A stretch of 61,692 bases of DNA, counting the filler, from Nemertoderma westbladi (lineage: Eukaryota; Animalia; Xenacoelomorpha): NCBI GenBank assembly GCA_032718475.1. It is 3 parts of 3 records of this genome, joined end to end, with 100 filler letters (N's around TTAATTAATTAA, not from the genome) between each part and the next. Parts side by side here need not be neighbours in the genome. Positions count along the whole stretch, not along the records: positions 1 to 22,567 come from JAUCBJ010006638.1; positions 22,668 to 53,824 come from JAUCBJ010004477.1; 1 more part is not named here. The stretch is one strand, 5' to 3'. Made by a program: the position numbers and the translations under genes. Below are positions 11,283 to 24,694 of the stretch, piece after piece. Each line of letters opens with the position of its first letter. Positions within the stretch are counted from its first letter, which is position 1. The notes beneath the pieces are model-generated. The model was not told the origin of the DNA, ran no database searches, and was given only the letters and a program-made list of their open reading frames with translations.

Positions 11283-11980
11283 GCTTAGTTGTGGTGAGAG
11301 GTAGAGCTTAGTTGTGGTGAGAGGTAGAGCTTAGTTGTGGTGAGAGGTAGAGCTTAGTTGTGGTGAGAGGTAGAACTTAGTTGTGGTGAGAGGTAGAGCT
11401 TAGTTGTGGTGAGAGGTAGAGCTTAGTTGTGGTGAGAGGTAGAGCTTAGTTGTGGTGAGAGGTAGAGCTTAGTTGTGGTGAGAGGTAGAGCTTAGTTGTG
11501 GTGAGAGGTAGAGCTTAGTTGTGGTGAGAGGTAGAGCTTAGTTGTGGTGAGAGGTAGAGCTTAGTTGTGGTGAGAGGTAGAGCTTAGTTGTGGTGAGAGG
11601 TAGAGCTTAGTTGTGGTGAGAGGTAGAGCTTAGTTGTGGTGAGAGGTAGAGCTTAGTTGTGGTGAGAGGTAGAGCTTTGTTGTGGTGAGAGGTAGAGCTT
11701 AGTTGTGGTGAGAGGTAGAGCTTAGTTGTGGTGAGAGGTAGAGCTTAGTTGTGGTGAGAGGTAGAGCTTTGTTGTGGTGAGAGGTAGAGCTTAGTTGTGG
11801 TGAGAGGTAGAGCTTAGTTGTGGTGAGAGGTAGAGCTTAGTTGTGGTGAGAGGTAGAGCTTAGTTGTGGTGAGAGGTAGAGCTTAGTTGTGGTGAGAGGT
11901 AGAGCTTAGTTGTGGTGAGAGGTAGAGCTTAGTTGTGGTGAGAGGTAGAGCTTAGTTGTGGTGATAGGTAGAGCTTAGTT
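11283..11980. repeat. 23-bp minisatellite (GCTTAGTTGTGGTGAGAGGTAGA) x ~30
   Basis: Near-identical head-to-tail units with no spacers. Confidence 0.97.
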
Positions 11981-12621
11981 TGGCGTCTTTTCTCTTGCGG
12001 TCGGAAATACGAGTGAAGTAAACTTTTCCGGAAATTTCCTTGAAAATAACATTTTTCCACAACTCACAACTCCAATGAATGATGAAGGATAGATTGATTT
12101 ACATGATTTATTACTGATTTCTAAATCGAATTTCATTATTTAATCATATTAAACATATAAATGTACATGAATTTCTATATTATAAATGATAGAAACAAAC
12201 AGTTGTTGCTTTTTATTGAATATTATAAACATCTTTATGTGGCAACGATTCAGTCAGACTGCAGTAGATATATAAAAAATGTTGCAGAAATTATATTAAA
12301 AACTTAAGTGAAATTAAATACGTATGTGGGAATAAATTACGCCTGTGAACCACTTGAAAAAAGTCATTGGATATTTTTACTTATCTAGGTATTTTTAGTA
12401 CATGAGATTTCTCGAAAGTTTTTTTTACTCCTATCTATCTGTGAGGGAGGGCAAATAACTAGTTTTGGATGAGTTGGCCGTAATAAAATCCCGATCCCGA
12501 AAATTGTGGATCCCTATCCCGTTGCGTTGTAACACTACTTTATACATTAATTTAATGGCTGACCGAGTGCATTTTGAAGTGGAGTTGTTAGGTTTCTGCG
12601 CCTATTGGTTAATTATTCCTA

Positions 12622-14386
12622 ATTGTGGTTGACTATGTTCTATGCATGTCCTTATATCATCATAATGATGATGGGGTGATGGTAACTCCACCTACTGGCT
12701 CAAGAAGTCGAGGAAATCTTGCCAAGTACCTAACTGATCTAGACTTTGCTGATGACTTAGGAGTACTCTCAGAATCACTACAGGGAGCCCAACGGCTCCT
12801 CAGCTCATTAGAATAGGCTGCTTATAGTGTTGGTCTTTTTATTAACTCCAGAAAGACCAAAATTTTGACAGTTAACTTTGAAAGTCCTCAGCAAGTCTCT
12901 GATCGGATGAGCATAAGCTCAAAAGATGGTATGCTTGAGCATGTGGATGACTTCTGTTACCTGGGATCATGGATCCGGAAGTCAGGTGAGGACCTTCGAA
13001 TACCTAAGGGAAAGGCATGGGCAGCCTTGAATAGGCTTTCCAGGATTTGGAAGTCACAGAGAATTAATCGGAAACTTAAGGTCCTATTATTTAGAGCAGC
13101 AGTAGTTCCAGTACTCCTCTATGTGAGTCCATGCTGAGCTCTAACTGCTGAGGACACCAGATCTCTGGATGGCACATTCACAAGAATGCTACGCAGACAC
13201 TATATAACATTGGAGGTGTCTCATTGGTACCCCCAAGCTTGACACTAGAACAAAGTCGCCTCCGCTTTGCACATTGCTTTCGCCGTGAGGACCAGTCAGT
13301 GCATAATCTTGTGATTTGGCAGCCTCATGGAGTGATAAGCATGGTGGACAGCCCATGACTTTCTTGAGACGCATCTTAAAGAACACTGGCCTTGAAGATG
13401 CGGATGATCTAGCAAATGTTATGGGTGATAGGGAGTTGTGGCGGTGCAAGTTTGTCGACAAGCCGGTGTTACAAGCGAAAATGCCCCCCAGCGCGGAATT
13501 CCCAGGGGGGCATATTCGCCTAGCGCCAAATGCCCCCCCGGGTCACATTGTCCTAGCGCCATATAGCCTCCTACCGCGCAGAATGCCCCCCCCCCCCCCC
13601 CCCCCCCCCCTTTAGATAGAGGTTGATTTTGAGAGTCAGGATCAGGGAAGGGAAACGGAAAGGCAGGTTAGCTAATTAGCAGAGCTGGTAGATGCTAGTG
13701 CTATCCACCGTAGGCCTATTCCGCATAATGTGGGGGAGGCACTAATCAGACACAGACTCAGTCAATGAGGCAGGGGAGGGGGGACTGGACGCAAATCTCA
13801 TCTTGGCGAATTAATATCCCGCCTCAATGTCAGAATGTTAATTTCTCAATTTAGTGAAAGGAGCAGGTTAAGTGGCATGTTATTCTAACCAAAACAATAA
13901 ACTAAACACAATAGAACAGGTCACAGTTTTTATTTTTGAGAGTAATCAGCTGTCATTTGCTATTCGTGTGACTTAGCCGCACGTCTGCACATCTGACTGC
14001 TGGACTGACTGAGACAACAGTCAGACAGGACGAGGATAGTGTACCGTTCACCGTTCAGTCTAACAGCAGCCAATCAGCTGTCAGCTCATGCAGTCATGAT
14101 TTAGTATCTTAATTCTGAAGGCAGACAGGACAGCAGATTGCAGGAATAGCGTGCGTTTGTGTGTGCAGTTGGGGTGGGGCATTTTGCGCGGAAGATTCGC
14201 CTAAGGCGAATCTGCCTGGGGGGTCATTTCGGGCTAGACGAGTATACCCGGGGGGGTGGGGGGGGGGGGGGGCATTAGGCGCTAGGCGAATGGATTCTAC
14301 ATGGGGGCAATTTCGACTGGGACACCGGCACAGCATTTTTAAAAATGCAGCTGCACTGCAGCATGCCGATCCTAGTAGTAGTAGTA
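12622..14386 (+). mobile_element. 5'-truncated RTE-clade LINE with (TAG)n tail, split by a Ginger-like insertion
   Basis: DLDFADDL, FCYLGSWI, AAVVPVLLY motifs. The 3' end resumes at 14329 (CACAGCATTTTTAAAAATGCAGC...GATCCTAGTAGTAGTAG) and matches the uninterrupted copy at 60528-60600. Confidence 0.9.
13467..14324. mobile_element. Non-autonomous Ginger-type DNA transposon
   Basis: TGT...ACA termini, imperfect GC-rich TIRs (CGAAAATGCCCC...TTCGCCTAGCGCC / GGCGCTAGGCGAA...GGGGCAATTTCG), and a 4-bp CCGG TSD at 13463-13466 and 14325-14328. The empty site is visible in the RTE copy near 60580. Confidence 0.75.
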
Positions 14387-14799
14387 GGGGCGATATTCGC
14401 GTTCTCTGCACAGACACCATTATTCAACGTATAAACAATGTATCTGCGTCACCAGGCGCGTCGAGAGGCTCGTCCCGTCGCGTACCACACGTTTCACACT
14501 CCTCCTGTTACTCGTCCTAATTTCCTAATTGAAATAGATAAGGAACACAAGGCAGTATTGGTTACACCATGACACCCCCCTCCCCCCTATTTTTTCTAAA
14601 TATTTTGTGTTAGTGAAATTTATAAATGAAAATAGTGATTTCTAAATTTTGCAAACTTGTTTAGAAATATTTATAAAACTAACAAAAAGAAATTTACAAA
14701 AAGAAAGTACGACTTTTTGTCCGACGTTTTCATCCGCATTTTCGAGGAAAAATATGCACATTCTACTATTTCGAGGAAATGCGGATTAAAAAGAGGACA

Positions 14800-15150
14800 A
14801 AAAAATAGATACATTGGTGTACAAAATAATAGATACATTGGTGTACAAAAAAATAGATACATTGGTGTACAAAAAAATAGATACATTGGTGTACAAAAAA
14901 ATAGATACATTGGTGTACAAAAAAATAGATACATTGGTGTACAAAAAAATAGATACATTGGTGTACAAAAAAATAGATACATTGGTGTACAAAAAAATAG
15001 ATACATTGGTGTACAAAAAAATAGATACATTGGTGTACAAAAAAATAGATACATTGGTGTACAAAAATAATAGATACATTGGTGTACAAACAAATAGATA
15101 CATTGGTGTACAAACAAATAGATACATTGATGTACAAAAAAAATAGATAC
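14800..15150. repeat. 24-bp minisatellite (AAAAAAATAGATACATTGGTGTAC) x ~14
   Basis: Read directly. It sits at the end of a dispersed repeat also seen at ~39230-39330. Confidence 0.95.
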
Positions 15151-15399
15151 ATACAGTACCAGGTTTCGGTTTCGGTTTCACGTTTCGGTCAAAATTGTAT
15201 TGGAATTTGATTTACGAAGAATTTCCATTTTATGAAATTGATCATTATTTAGTGTTTTATACATTTATACGTATATCGTTATTTACAGCGCTTATTCGGT
15301 CTTATAACCTGTGGAGATACTAGTTGGTTTATTGTTTCGGTTAAATTCAGCCCTTCTGTAACTTGGGTTTTTAATGAAATCATCTTATTCTTCGAGACA

Positions 15400-15630
15400 T
15401 GGGAGGAAACTGGACGCTAATCCCATCTTGGCCAATTAATATCCCGCCACAATGTTAAATTCTCAATTTAGGGAAAGTGGCACGGCAGTGGCACGTTATT
15501 TTAACCGAAAGAATAGACTAAACACAATAGAATAGGTTTACAGTTTTACTTTTGAGAGTAATTAACTGTTATTTGCGTCGAATTTCCCCTGGAGAGGGAT
15601 GAATTTTTATTGCGTCCAATTCTCCCCCCT
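15400..15630. mobile_element. MITE-like dispersed repeat (related copies ~13780-13960, ~36855-37005, ~52000)
   Basis: Inverted ends GGGAGGAAACTGGACGC / GCGTCCAATTCTCCCC; shared core TTATTCTAACCAAAACAATAAACTAAACACAATAGAACAGG. Confidence 0.55.
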
Positions 15631-16614
15631 ATCTGTATTCTTCATATGAGGGTAAACTGCAAAGTGAATATAATATAAAATCTGGTGTACTTCACATGGG
15701 CGAAGGTGTTTAGTGTGTGAAAAACTTAATTTAATTTTAAACGTTAAGGGAAAGAAGCAGATTACAGCGTCGGTGATTTATAACCAAAGAAATAAACAAA
15801 ACTTTATTTGCGCTGAAGATCACTTTTGTTATTTGCGGCCAGTGTGCGTCACTATGGCACTAAGGCTGCAAGGTAATAAATCACTAAGAAACAATCGACT
15901 TCTGGAACAGTTCTTGAGTTTATTCTCCATTGCTTTGGATGGATGTTAGCCATTGTATAAGATTGTAAAAACCTTAGTCAATTATAGTTGCATTAAGGTT
16001 ATTAATTGCATTTAATTAAAAAAAATCGTTTTTAATTTGACCAATATTCGCAAATATTCTGATACTAGGAAAATAATAAAGCATTCAGTGCACCGATAAG
16101 TTGACATAATGTAATAAAATTACGTTATTGTGTGAGAAGGTCACAATTCCGCATTTAAGAAACTTGTCCAATTATGTCTAATCTAATTAAGAGTGTTTCA
16201 CTGACATTCCCATAATTTATAGTCTTATCAATTTGACAGATAACTCTAAGGCACTTATTATACTGTGAACACCCCATGATGTGGAATATTAATTAATTCC
16301 CAATAAATGGCTTTAGTTTACCAAAGCTGTATTAAATAGGGTAGTAGGCTTAATTACTTTAATGTTTCGCTGATATTTATTTCAGGATGTACAGTACGGT
16401 ACCATACGTTGAATAAAGTAGGCCATGCATTACTTTTCAAAATTCACATTCACCATTTAAATTCGCAATTGAGCAAATTATTTTGGTTTTCGAAATAAAA
16501 TTTAGATTTTCTAAATTTTTTCTAACCGTTTAGAAACATTTCACATTGAACAAAAATAACTGGAAGTTTGCTGATGGCTCGCAGTTCTGACTCGCCCCAC
16601 AATCTCCATTTCGG

Positions 16615-16929
16615 CAAAATGGAGTGAGTGTTTTCAAAATGGAGTATGGGTGGTTTCAAAATGGAGTATGGGTGTTTTCAAAATGGAGTATGGGTGGTTT
16701 CAAAATGGAGTATGGGTGGTTTCAAAATGGAGTATGGGTGGTTTCAAAATGGAGTATGGTTGGTTTCAAAATGGAGTATGGGTGGTTTCAAAATGGAGTA
16801 TGGGTGGTTTCAAAATGGAGTATGGGTGGTTTCAAAATGGAGTATGGGTGGTTTAAAAATGGAGTATGGGTGGTTTCAAAATGGAGTATGGGTGGTTTCA
16901 AAATGGAGTATGGGTGGTTTCAAAATGGA
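16615..16929. repeat. 22-bp minisatellite (CAAAATGGAGTATGGGTGGTTT) x ~14
   Basis: Read directly. Confidence 0.95.
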
Positions 16930-18874
16930 ACTAGCAACGGTATAAAGTAGATAAGGTGAGTAAACCAATACAATATTTGTCAATGTAGTACTGATGCGTA
17001 ATTAATTATTACACCAATTTGGCCTTAGGGTCAAGAAAATAAATTGTTTTACAATCAAGGCGTTAGACCCTTTTTAATATCAACATAACTCATTACGGAT
17101 ATACAGAGTAATGGCAGGATGGGCCCATCAAGTAATTCTTATTACAATTTTCAAAACAATTTGTCCGATTTATTGACCTACCTCAGTAGCCTACCTCATT
17201 ACCTTATCCTATCCAATCCCTACACCCTATCCTACGGCCCTACACCTACCCTATACATTTAGAAAAGGAAGCATCGGAGTATATATGAAAATACTTAATC
17301 CATAGTGATATGAGAGTATCCTTAATAGATTTTGGTGATGATCCGTAAATTCGTATTCTATTAGTTAGATTTAATTAAGTTATTTAATTTCCAGCTATAA
17401 TAGATTATTCATTTTGATAAATCTTCGAAAATTAATTAATTCTAAGATCATATAATTGCTTATATGATATTTTATATCTAATTTTAAGACATCTTTTCCA
17501 TACAACATATATATACCACATATGAAACATATGTTCAATTTTTTAATGGGATAAGAACTGCAATAGGCCTCCTGCCTACCTTACGCCTGGTATAGTGCAT
17601 GTATGTTATCTGTCTATGTCTGTACCCCTTACTGATACTTAGCAGCGCAGATGACAATGCACAACCACAACCTGACAAGTGAAAACCACCATACAGCCAA
17701 ACATATGTTTGTCTAATTATGTTAATACAGCACTGTACAATGCACATTCACAGCACAATGTGCATAGTGCAGGGCAGAAAGCAGGCAAATCACACACTGC
17801 ATCACTGAACAATTGAGTGGACTATGATAAGTGGTAGGCTTATGCAACGCATTATGCTGTTATGGGTAAAATATAAAATAATTTGCGATTCAATAGCTAA
17901 ACTGCAAGCGACACGACGTGGTTAAGAAGAAAGATTGCAGGATCAGACTATGAAATGCCTATCATTTTAAGAATGTGTCCCACCGCCAGCCCTCAAATGC
18001 AATAAACAAAACAAGTGGACGATCGACTATGGTTACTTCAATTTAGTGTCCATACAGCCTTCACAGATCATTTAAACCGTATAGCAGGCCTATGTATTGA
18101 TTATACATATGGTTAAATAGCCGGTACTTTGAAAATATAGTATAACAAAAAATATAGATTCAACGTATTATACTGCTGATTAAAACGATATTTGTTCTTA
18201 ATGCAAAAAGCTGAGTAGTGACATCAACAAATTCCGCATCCCCCCTCGCTATTATTTTCTGTACATGCATTACTGTAAGGCAGTACCATAAGGCAAACAT
18301 GTGTGCAACATATAAAATCCATGAACTGGATTACACAATTACGAATTGAATAGTTTATGGATTTAAATTTAACTAGCAGTCTTGGCTATGGCTATTTCAC
18401 ATATGCTCGACATATATTATTCACATGCGCATTCTCACACATTTATTTATGATAAATTCATATGTGCAACATATAAATACCATAAATGGCGATACACACA
18501 TTCTAAGTGTATGTATCACCGCATGCGTGACATGTATTATTCATACATGAGCATAAAAACCTAATTTCCAGACACACCTATTCCATACAACATATATATA
18601 CCACATATGAAACATAAGTTCATGTTTAACTGGGGGATTCCATATTTAAGAGATACGGATGAGTGAGTCATACTTTTCATGCTTGCTGGCCAACTACACT
18701 TAATGGAACACAAATATAATCCCTGGATCCTAATCATTAATACCCTGTATTACATACTGTAGTTCTAATTCACCCAATACACCACTGCACTGATGCGTTT
18801 TCCCACATCTTATGAATCAATAATGGTTTGAGAGCTCCACCACTCCAGATTGCAATAAAGCCACCCTATTGCTT

Positions 18875-19065
18875 TTTAGCCAATCAGCATTCAGGAACAC
18901 AGTTCACCAGGGACGTAATAATGGCATTTCTGTATTTTATATTACCATATATGGTCTGAATCCATGGAAGGGAGAATCCACCATGTGGCTTCATGGTGAG
19001 TGGTTGTTATATATATCAACTTGGTAGTCCCAGAATTATCATAATTTGGTGTGGTATATAGAGTA
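18875..19065 (+). promoter_or_regulatory. Actin promoter: CCAAT box, CArG box, TATA-like element
   Basis: AGCCAATCA at ~18878; perfect CC(A/T)6GG CCATATATGG at 18945-18954 (another, CCATAAATGG, at 18480-18489); TATATAG at ~19055. This order is typical of metazoan actin promoters. Confidence 0.65.
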
Positions 19066-19153
19066 ATAGCTCATCTGTTTCAGTACACGCTGGTTTTGTC
19101 GAAGTTTAGTGAAACATTTTATTGGAATAGCGTCTGCTTACAGGCTTAACCGA

Positions 19154-20836
<1,683 letters not shown>

Positions 20837-20986
20837 TTTCTGTTGTTTTTCATCAACCACATGATAACTGGACTCAAATCTCATTTCGTAAAATCAATGT
20901 ATGAAATAAAGGGAAGTACAGTAAACATGACACGAGTGGGGCGTTCCTTCGTGCAGCAAAAGCTGCCTCTGCGAACAATAATTATA

Positions 20987-21050
20987 CTATGGGCAGTTAA
21001 AAAAGCTGTTAGTCTTCAAAACTATTTATATAAATTATATTTCTCATAGA
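20987..21050 (+). tRNA. trnW: Mitochondrial-type tRNA-Trp(TCA)
   Basis: Acceptor CTATGGG/CTCATAG, D-arm CAGTT/AGCTG, anticodon arm TAGT-CTTCAAA-ACTA, short AT-rich T-arm. Confidence 0.75.
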
Positions 21051-21115
21051 TCAGTATAGCTTATATTAAAGTTTTGTCTTGAAGCGGCAAGGAAATTATT
21101 TATAATTACCGGTAT
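21050..21115 (+). tRNA. trnF: Mitochondrial-type tRNA-Phe(GAA)
   Basis: Acceptor ATCAGTA/TACCGGT (one mismatch), TAGCTTA..TAAAG D-arm, anticodon arm TTGTC-TTGAAGC-GGCAA, T-arm AATTA-TTTA-TAATT. Confidence 0.75.
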
Positions 21116-21204
21116 ATTTTACAAAATTTTTTATAAAGTGTAGGCCCTATGGCCAACTGCGTTGTTAGTGGGGTCTCGGTCAGGCACTTTAAATAAGATT
21201 TCCA

Positions 21205-21940
21205 TAGTATTTGGTATATTTTTCTTTTGTGCAATAAAAAAAATGGAAATTAAAAGTATTATCCACTTTTTTGTCGTATTTATTTGAGGAATCAAAAAAT
21301 CGTATAGCTCAGGGGCTCCAATTAAATAAGTTCCAGAGATTTCGGTTAGACTTATGAGGGTTTAAAAATATTACAAGATGTTGGCTCTAATTAAACTTTT
21401 ATAAAGTAGGTGAAATTAGTATAAATTAGGTAATTTTTTATTAGAGGAGTTATGCCGCTCAGAAAGGCTTAAGAATAAACGTGGATTAGATACCCACTTA
21501 TATTAGGCAGGGGGAGTTTGGTAATTTGTGTAATTTAAGGTTAAACCAAAAAGCGTATTTACTTGGCAGCAGAGAAGCCAAGACTTTGAGAATTTTGATG
21601 GTTAATCCGATGTTACTCGTTCAAAGGTGCAACTGATTGATACACAGCATTTGAATATCCGTTTAGTTTGAGGCTCTTTTGTGAGAAATAGTCCCTAAAA
21701 ATTTAGTTGATATAGTTTTTAATCTCTGGTCGATATGAAGCCAATTTAGTTGGCTTAATTTAAATACATTTCTCGATAGAGATAGTTGTATTAAATTATC
21801 TCAGCTTTTAGAGGCTGGGGCTTAGTGGATTAATTTGTAAAATTTAATAAAATGAAATTTTTGGCCTGTGTACATATTGCCCGTCACTTGCTTAAAGTAA
21901 TAAGTCGTAACAAAGTAGCGGTACATGAATGTGCGGCTTT
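21205..21940 (+). rRNA. rrnS: Mitochondrial small-subunit (12S) rRNA; 5' end approximate
   Basis: Conserved SSU motifs GGATTAGATACCC (~21483), GTACATATTGCCCGTCA (~21870) and AAGTCGTAACAAAGTA plus the terminal helix (~21902-21940). Confidence 0.88.
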
Positions 21941-21980
21941 ATGGCTCGCGTGTGGGACACCGTGGGTTTTAGTGTAGAAT

Positions 21981-22567
21981 ATGGTTAGGCTAGCGATTAA
22001 TCTTCTTGCTTTTATTGTTCCTGTTATACTTTCTGCTGGGTTTCTAACCCTTTTTGAGCGCAAGATCATTGGATTTTCACAATTTCGACTCGGTCCCAAT
22101 ATTATTGGGACCTTTGGGGTGCTTCAACCTATCTCGGATGCCCTGAAACTTATTTTTAAAGAATATGTGGTAATTTCGAGGTCTATAGCTGTTTTTGGAT
22201 TTATTGGGGCTTCATTTATTCCTATCTCAGTAGCTTTTGTTGTTTGGCTTGTTTTTTCATATCCGCAATCTTGAGTGAATAGTGGGCTCTCTATTGTTGT
22301 TTTTTTTATTGTTTCCTCTCTTTCAATTTATGGGATTATGGGAGCGGGGTTTTTTTCCAATTCTAAATATTCGTTTATTGGGGGGCTTCGAGCTGTGGCT
22401 CAGTTTGTCTCTTATGAGGTAACAATAACAACTTTTGTTATTGTAGTAATTATTTTTGTAACTTCTTATGATATTATAGAAGCTCAAACTCGGACAAGGG
22501 TGATTTTTTGTGGGTGTGTGGTGTGTATGTGCTGGTTTATTACAATTCTAGCAGAAACAGCACGAGC
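21981..22567 (+). CDS. nad1: NADH dehydrogenase subunit 1 (mitochondrial code, TGA=Trp), truncated by the gap
   Basis: [58 protein letters not shown]. The two track ORFs are one frame joined by TGA at 22272-22274. Confidence 0.93.
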
Positions 22568-22667
22568 NNNNNNNNNNNNNNNNNNNNNNNNNNNNNNNNN
22601 NNNNNNNNNNNTTAATTAATTAANNNNNNNNNNNNNNNNNNNNNNNNNNNNNNNNNNNNNNNNNNNN
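22568..22667. other. Artificial contig linker
   Basis: 44 N + TTAATTAATTAA (stops in all six frames) + 44 N. Confidence 0.97.
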
Positions 22668-22940
22668 ACGAGAATTCATGAAATCATAACTCTAATAGAT
22701 GAATAATCCAAAAAGTCCCGGGCACTGTACGCAATAAACCGAAGGACATAAACTCTAATAGATGAATAATCCGAAAAGTCCCGTGCACTGTACGCAAAAA
22801 ACCGGAAGGACAGAAAGTTAAAGTGAACTGAGTTACGGCTGTTTTTAACCGACAACTAAACATAAACAAAGTCACTTGCCATGCTTTAAACGGCCCTGAA
22901 TTCGAAGAAATAAGTACAAAGTGAATTGATGATTCAACCC

Positions 22941-23570
22941 AAGGTGTACTAAATAACAGTTCATGCAGCGAGCGGATTGCTGACATTAGCGGAGGCTCGA
23001 TCGTTTCCCTATTTATGGCACTTTTTTCATAATATTTCCCTTAGAAACTTCTTTTGTGCTTCTTTTGGTTAGGTGGATATGATGACTAGGGTTCATAGCA
23101 ATGTAAATAAAATGTGTTTCTGGAATTTTTATCTTGTAGTTGCCAAGGTAACCGGGTTCAAAGTTCAAATTTCGAGCGCCTGTAATTCAAAACGACAATG
23201 GATTCTGTTCTTGAGATTTGGTATATGAGTAAAGGGAATAAAAGTCTTTCAGAATTATTTTACATTTAATTTATTTTTCAATCCCGTTTCCATGGTGACG
23301 GGAATTACGATAATTCCCCATTATGACCGCCAGATAGAAATTCGGCTACTATTTACTACTTATATAATTTTCAACAAACATGCCTGGTGGCTGTCCTTTA
23401 TTTCTAATATTTGCTAACCGAAATTTATTATTCTGGAATGTCACAATCATGCTATAACAGGTCTTGCGCTCTGATTGGACAGTTTAGTTTATTTGCAAAT
23501 ATTGACTTTTAGAAATATGATTCACAATTGATGAATTATAAAATAAATTGTTGGCAATTTTAACTTATTA
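22941..23570 (+). mobile_element. Single arm of the MULE-like element seen at 41930-42819
   Basis: Starts AAGGTGTACTAAATAACAG and is collinear with the reverse complement of 42195-42819. Confidence 0.8.
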
Positions 23571-24694
23571 CAGTACAGGCCACCAGAAAAAGCAGATTTC
23601 ATCCAATGTGATCACATGTGAACACATTTGTTCAAGTCATCTGATTGGCAGGTTATGGCGAGTTATCTAGCTAACTTGCTGGGACCGACAAAGGCTTAGT
23701 GTGCGGTGCGCCTGTATGTCTGATATCAGGTAGATGAGAGAGCCCACAGGGCGTAACATTGCGGACATGGGCTGTATTGGTAGAGAGAGAACTACATACA
23801 AGACCACATGGAGGTTCATGGAGTGTATGGGAGTGGATGGGTATATGGATGGACGAGCCTAGACCATTGAATAATTAATTTAGTGCAGGGAGATGTCGCG
23901 CCATTAGTCTGACACCGAGAGGGCACAGAGAAACACCAGAAGATGGCTTAACATCACTAACTATAGGCCTGCCTACTAGACACTATTAACCGCACACTAT
24001 AAAGGTAAACAAAATCCTTATCGCATTTCCAGCTGCAGTGAGTGACAGTTCGCGGCAAACTACAGAGAGTTTCCAGATTACTAAGCGTTTCAAAAGTATT
24101 CAATTGTATCCTTTGGCGAAAAAATTTTGGTTGTTGCCAATTCAATTATGTTCAATTATGTTCAATTGTCCCGTTCAACAACATTACATTACACTGGTAC
24201 ACATTTGATAAAATGTGTTCACAATTGTACAAATCTGCGTTTTCTGGTGGCCTGTACTGTAGTAGAGCAAAAAAAATTTAAAAAATGCGATTGTTAAATT
24301 GTTAAATTATTATCCAAAATTTTATACAATATAGTAAAAAATATAGTTGGAGTGCTCTGGTGTAATGGTTCTCTACGTGGGTGTATCTCTAGGTAGACGT
24401 CAGCATTGAAGGCTTCAAGTCTCCCTCACACTCGGGCGTCATGTCTCCCCACTTGGGCTTTTTTATATTAATTGATATAATTTCAAAACGGCTGAACCAA
24501 AACTGGAAAACAATTTATGGCAGGATAGTGCAATAATTAGTCAACACATGTTGTGAATTACAATTAACATACAGTAAAATAAGGATGCGATTTTTCATTC
24601 GTTGTAAAGGGCAAAAATTTACTTTTGAACCCAGAAAACGTTTATTGACAATAAAACAAAAAATAACCAAAAGGTAATAAAACATTGTTACGCG

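Larger units (their letters stand above)
20987..22567 (+). other. Mitochondrial-derived segment (NUMT or chimeric join), running into the gap
   Basis: Contains mt-type tRNAs, 12S motifs and nad1; composition shifts to GT-rich. The left boundary is uncertain (~20900-20987). Confidence 0.9.

Noticed and set aside
11283-11980. CRISPR-like array (also 14800-15150, 16615-16929, 55060-55340)
   Set aside because: Head-to-tail units with no unique spacers, no cas genes, and a eukaryotic context.
14657-16950. Repetitive ORFs (QKNRYIGV, KMEYGWFQNG etc.); likewise 27867-28239 and 55045-55427
   Set aside because: Translations of minisatellites that are open in several frames.
24350-24440. tRNA gene (TGGTGTAATGG ... 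GGCTTCAAGTCT)
   Set aside because: Only degenerate A/B-box-like motifs and no cloverleaf; at most an old SINE head.
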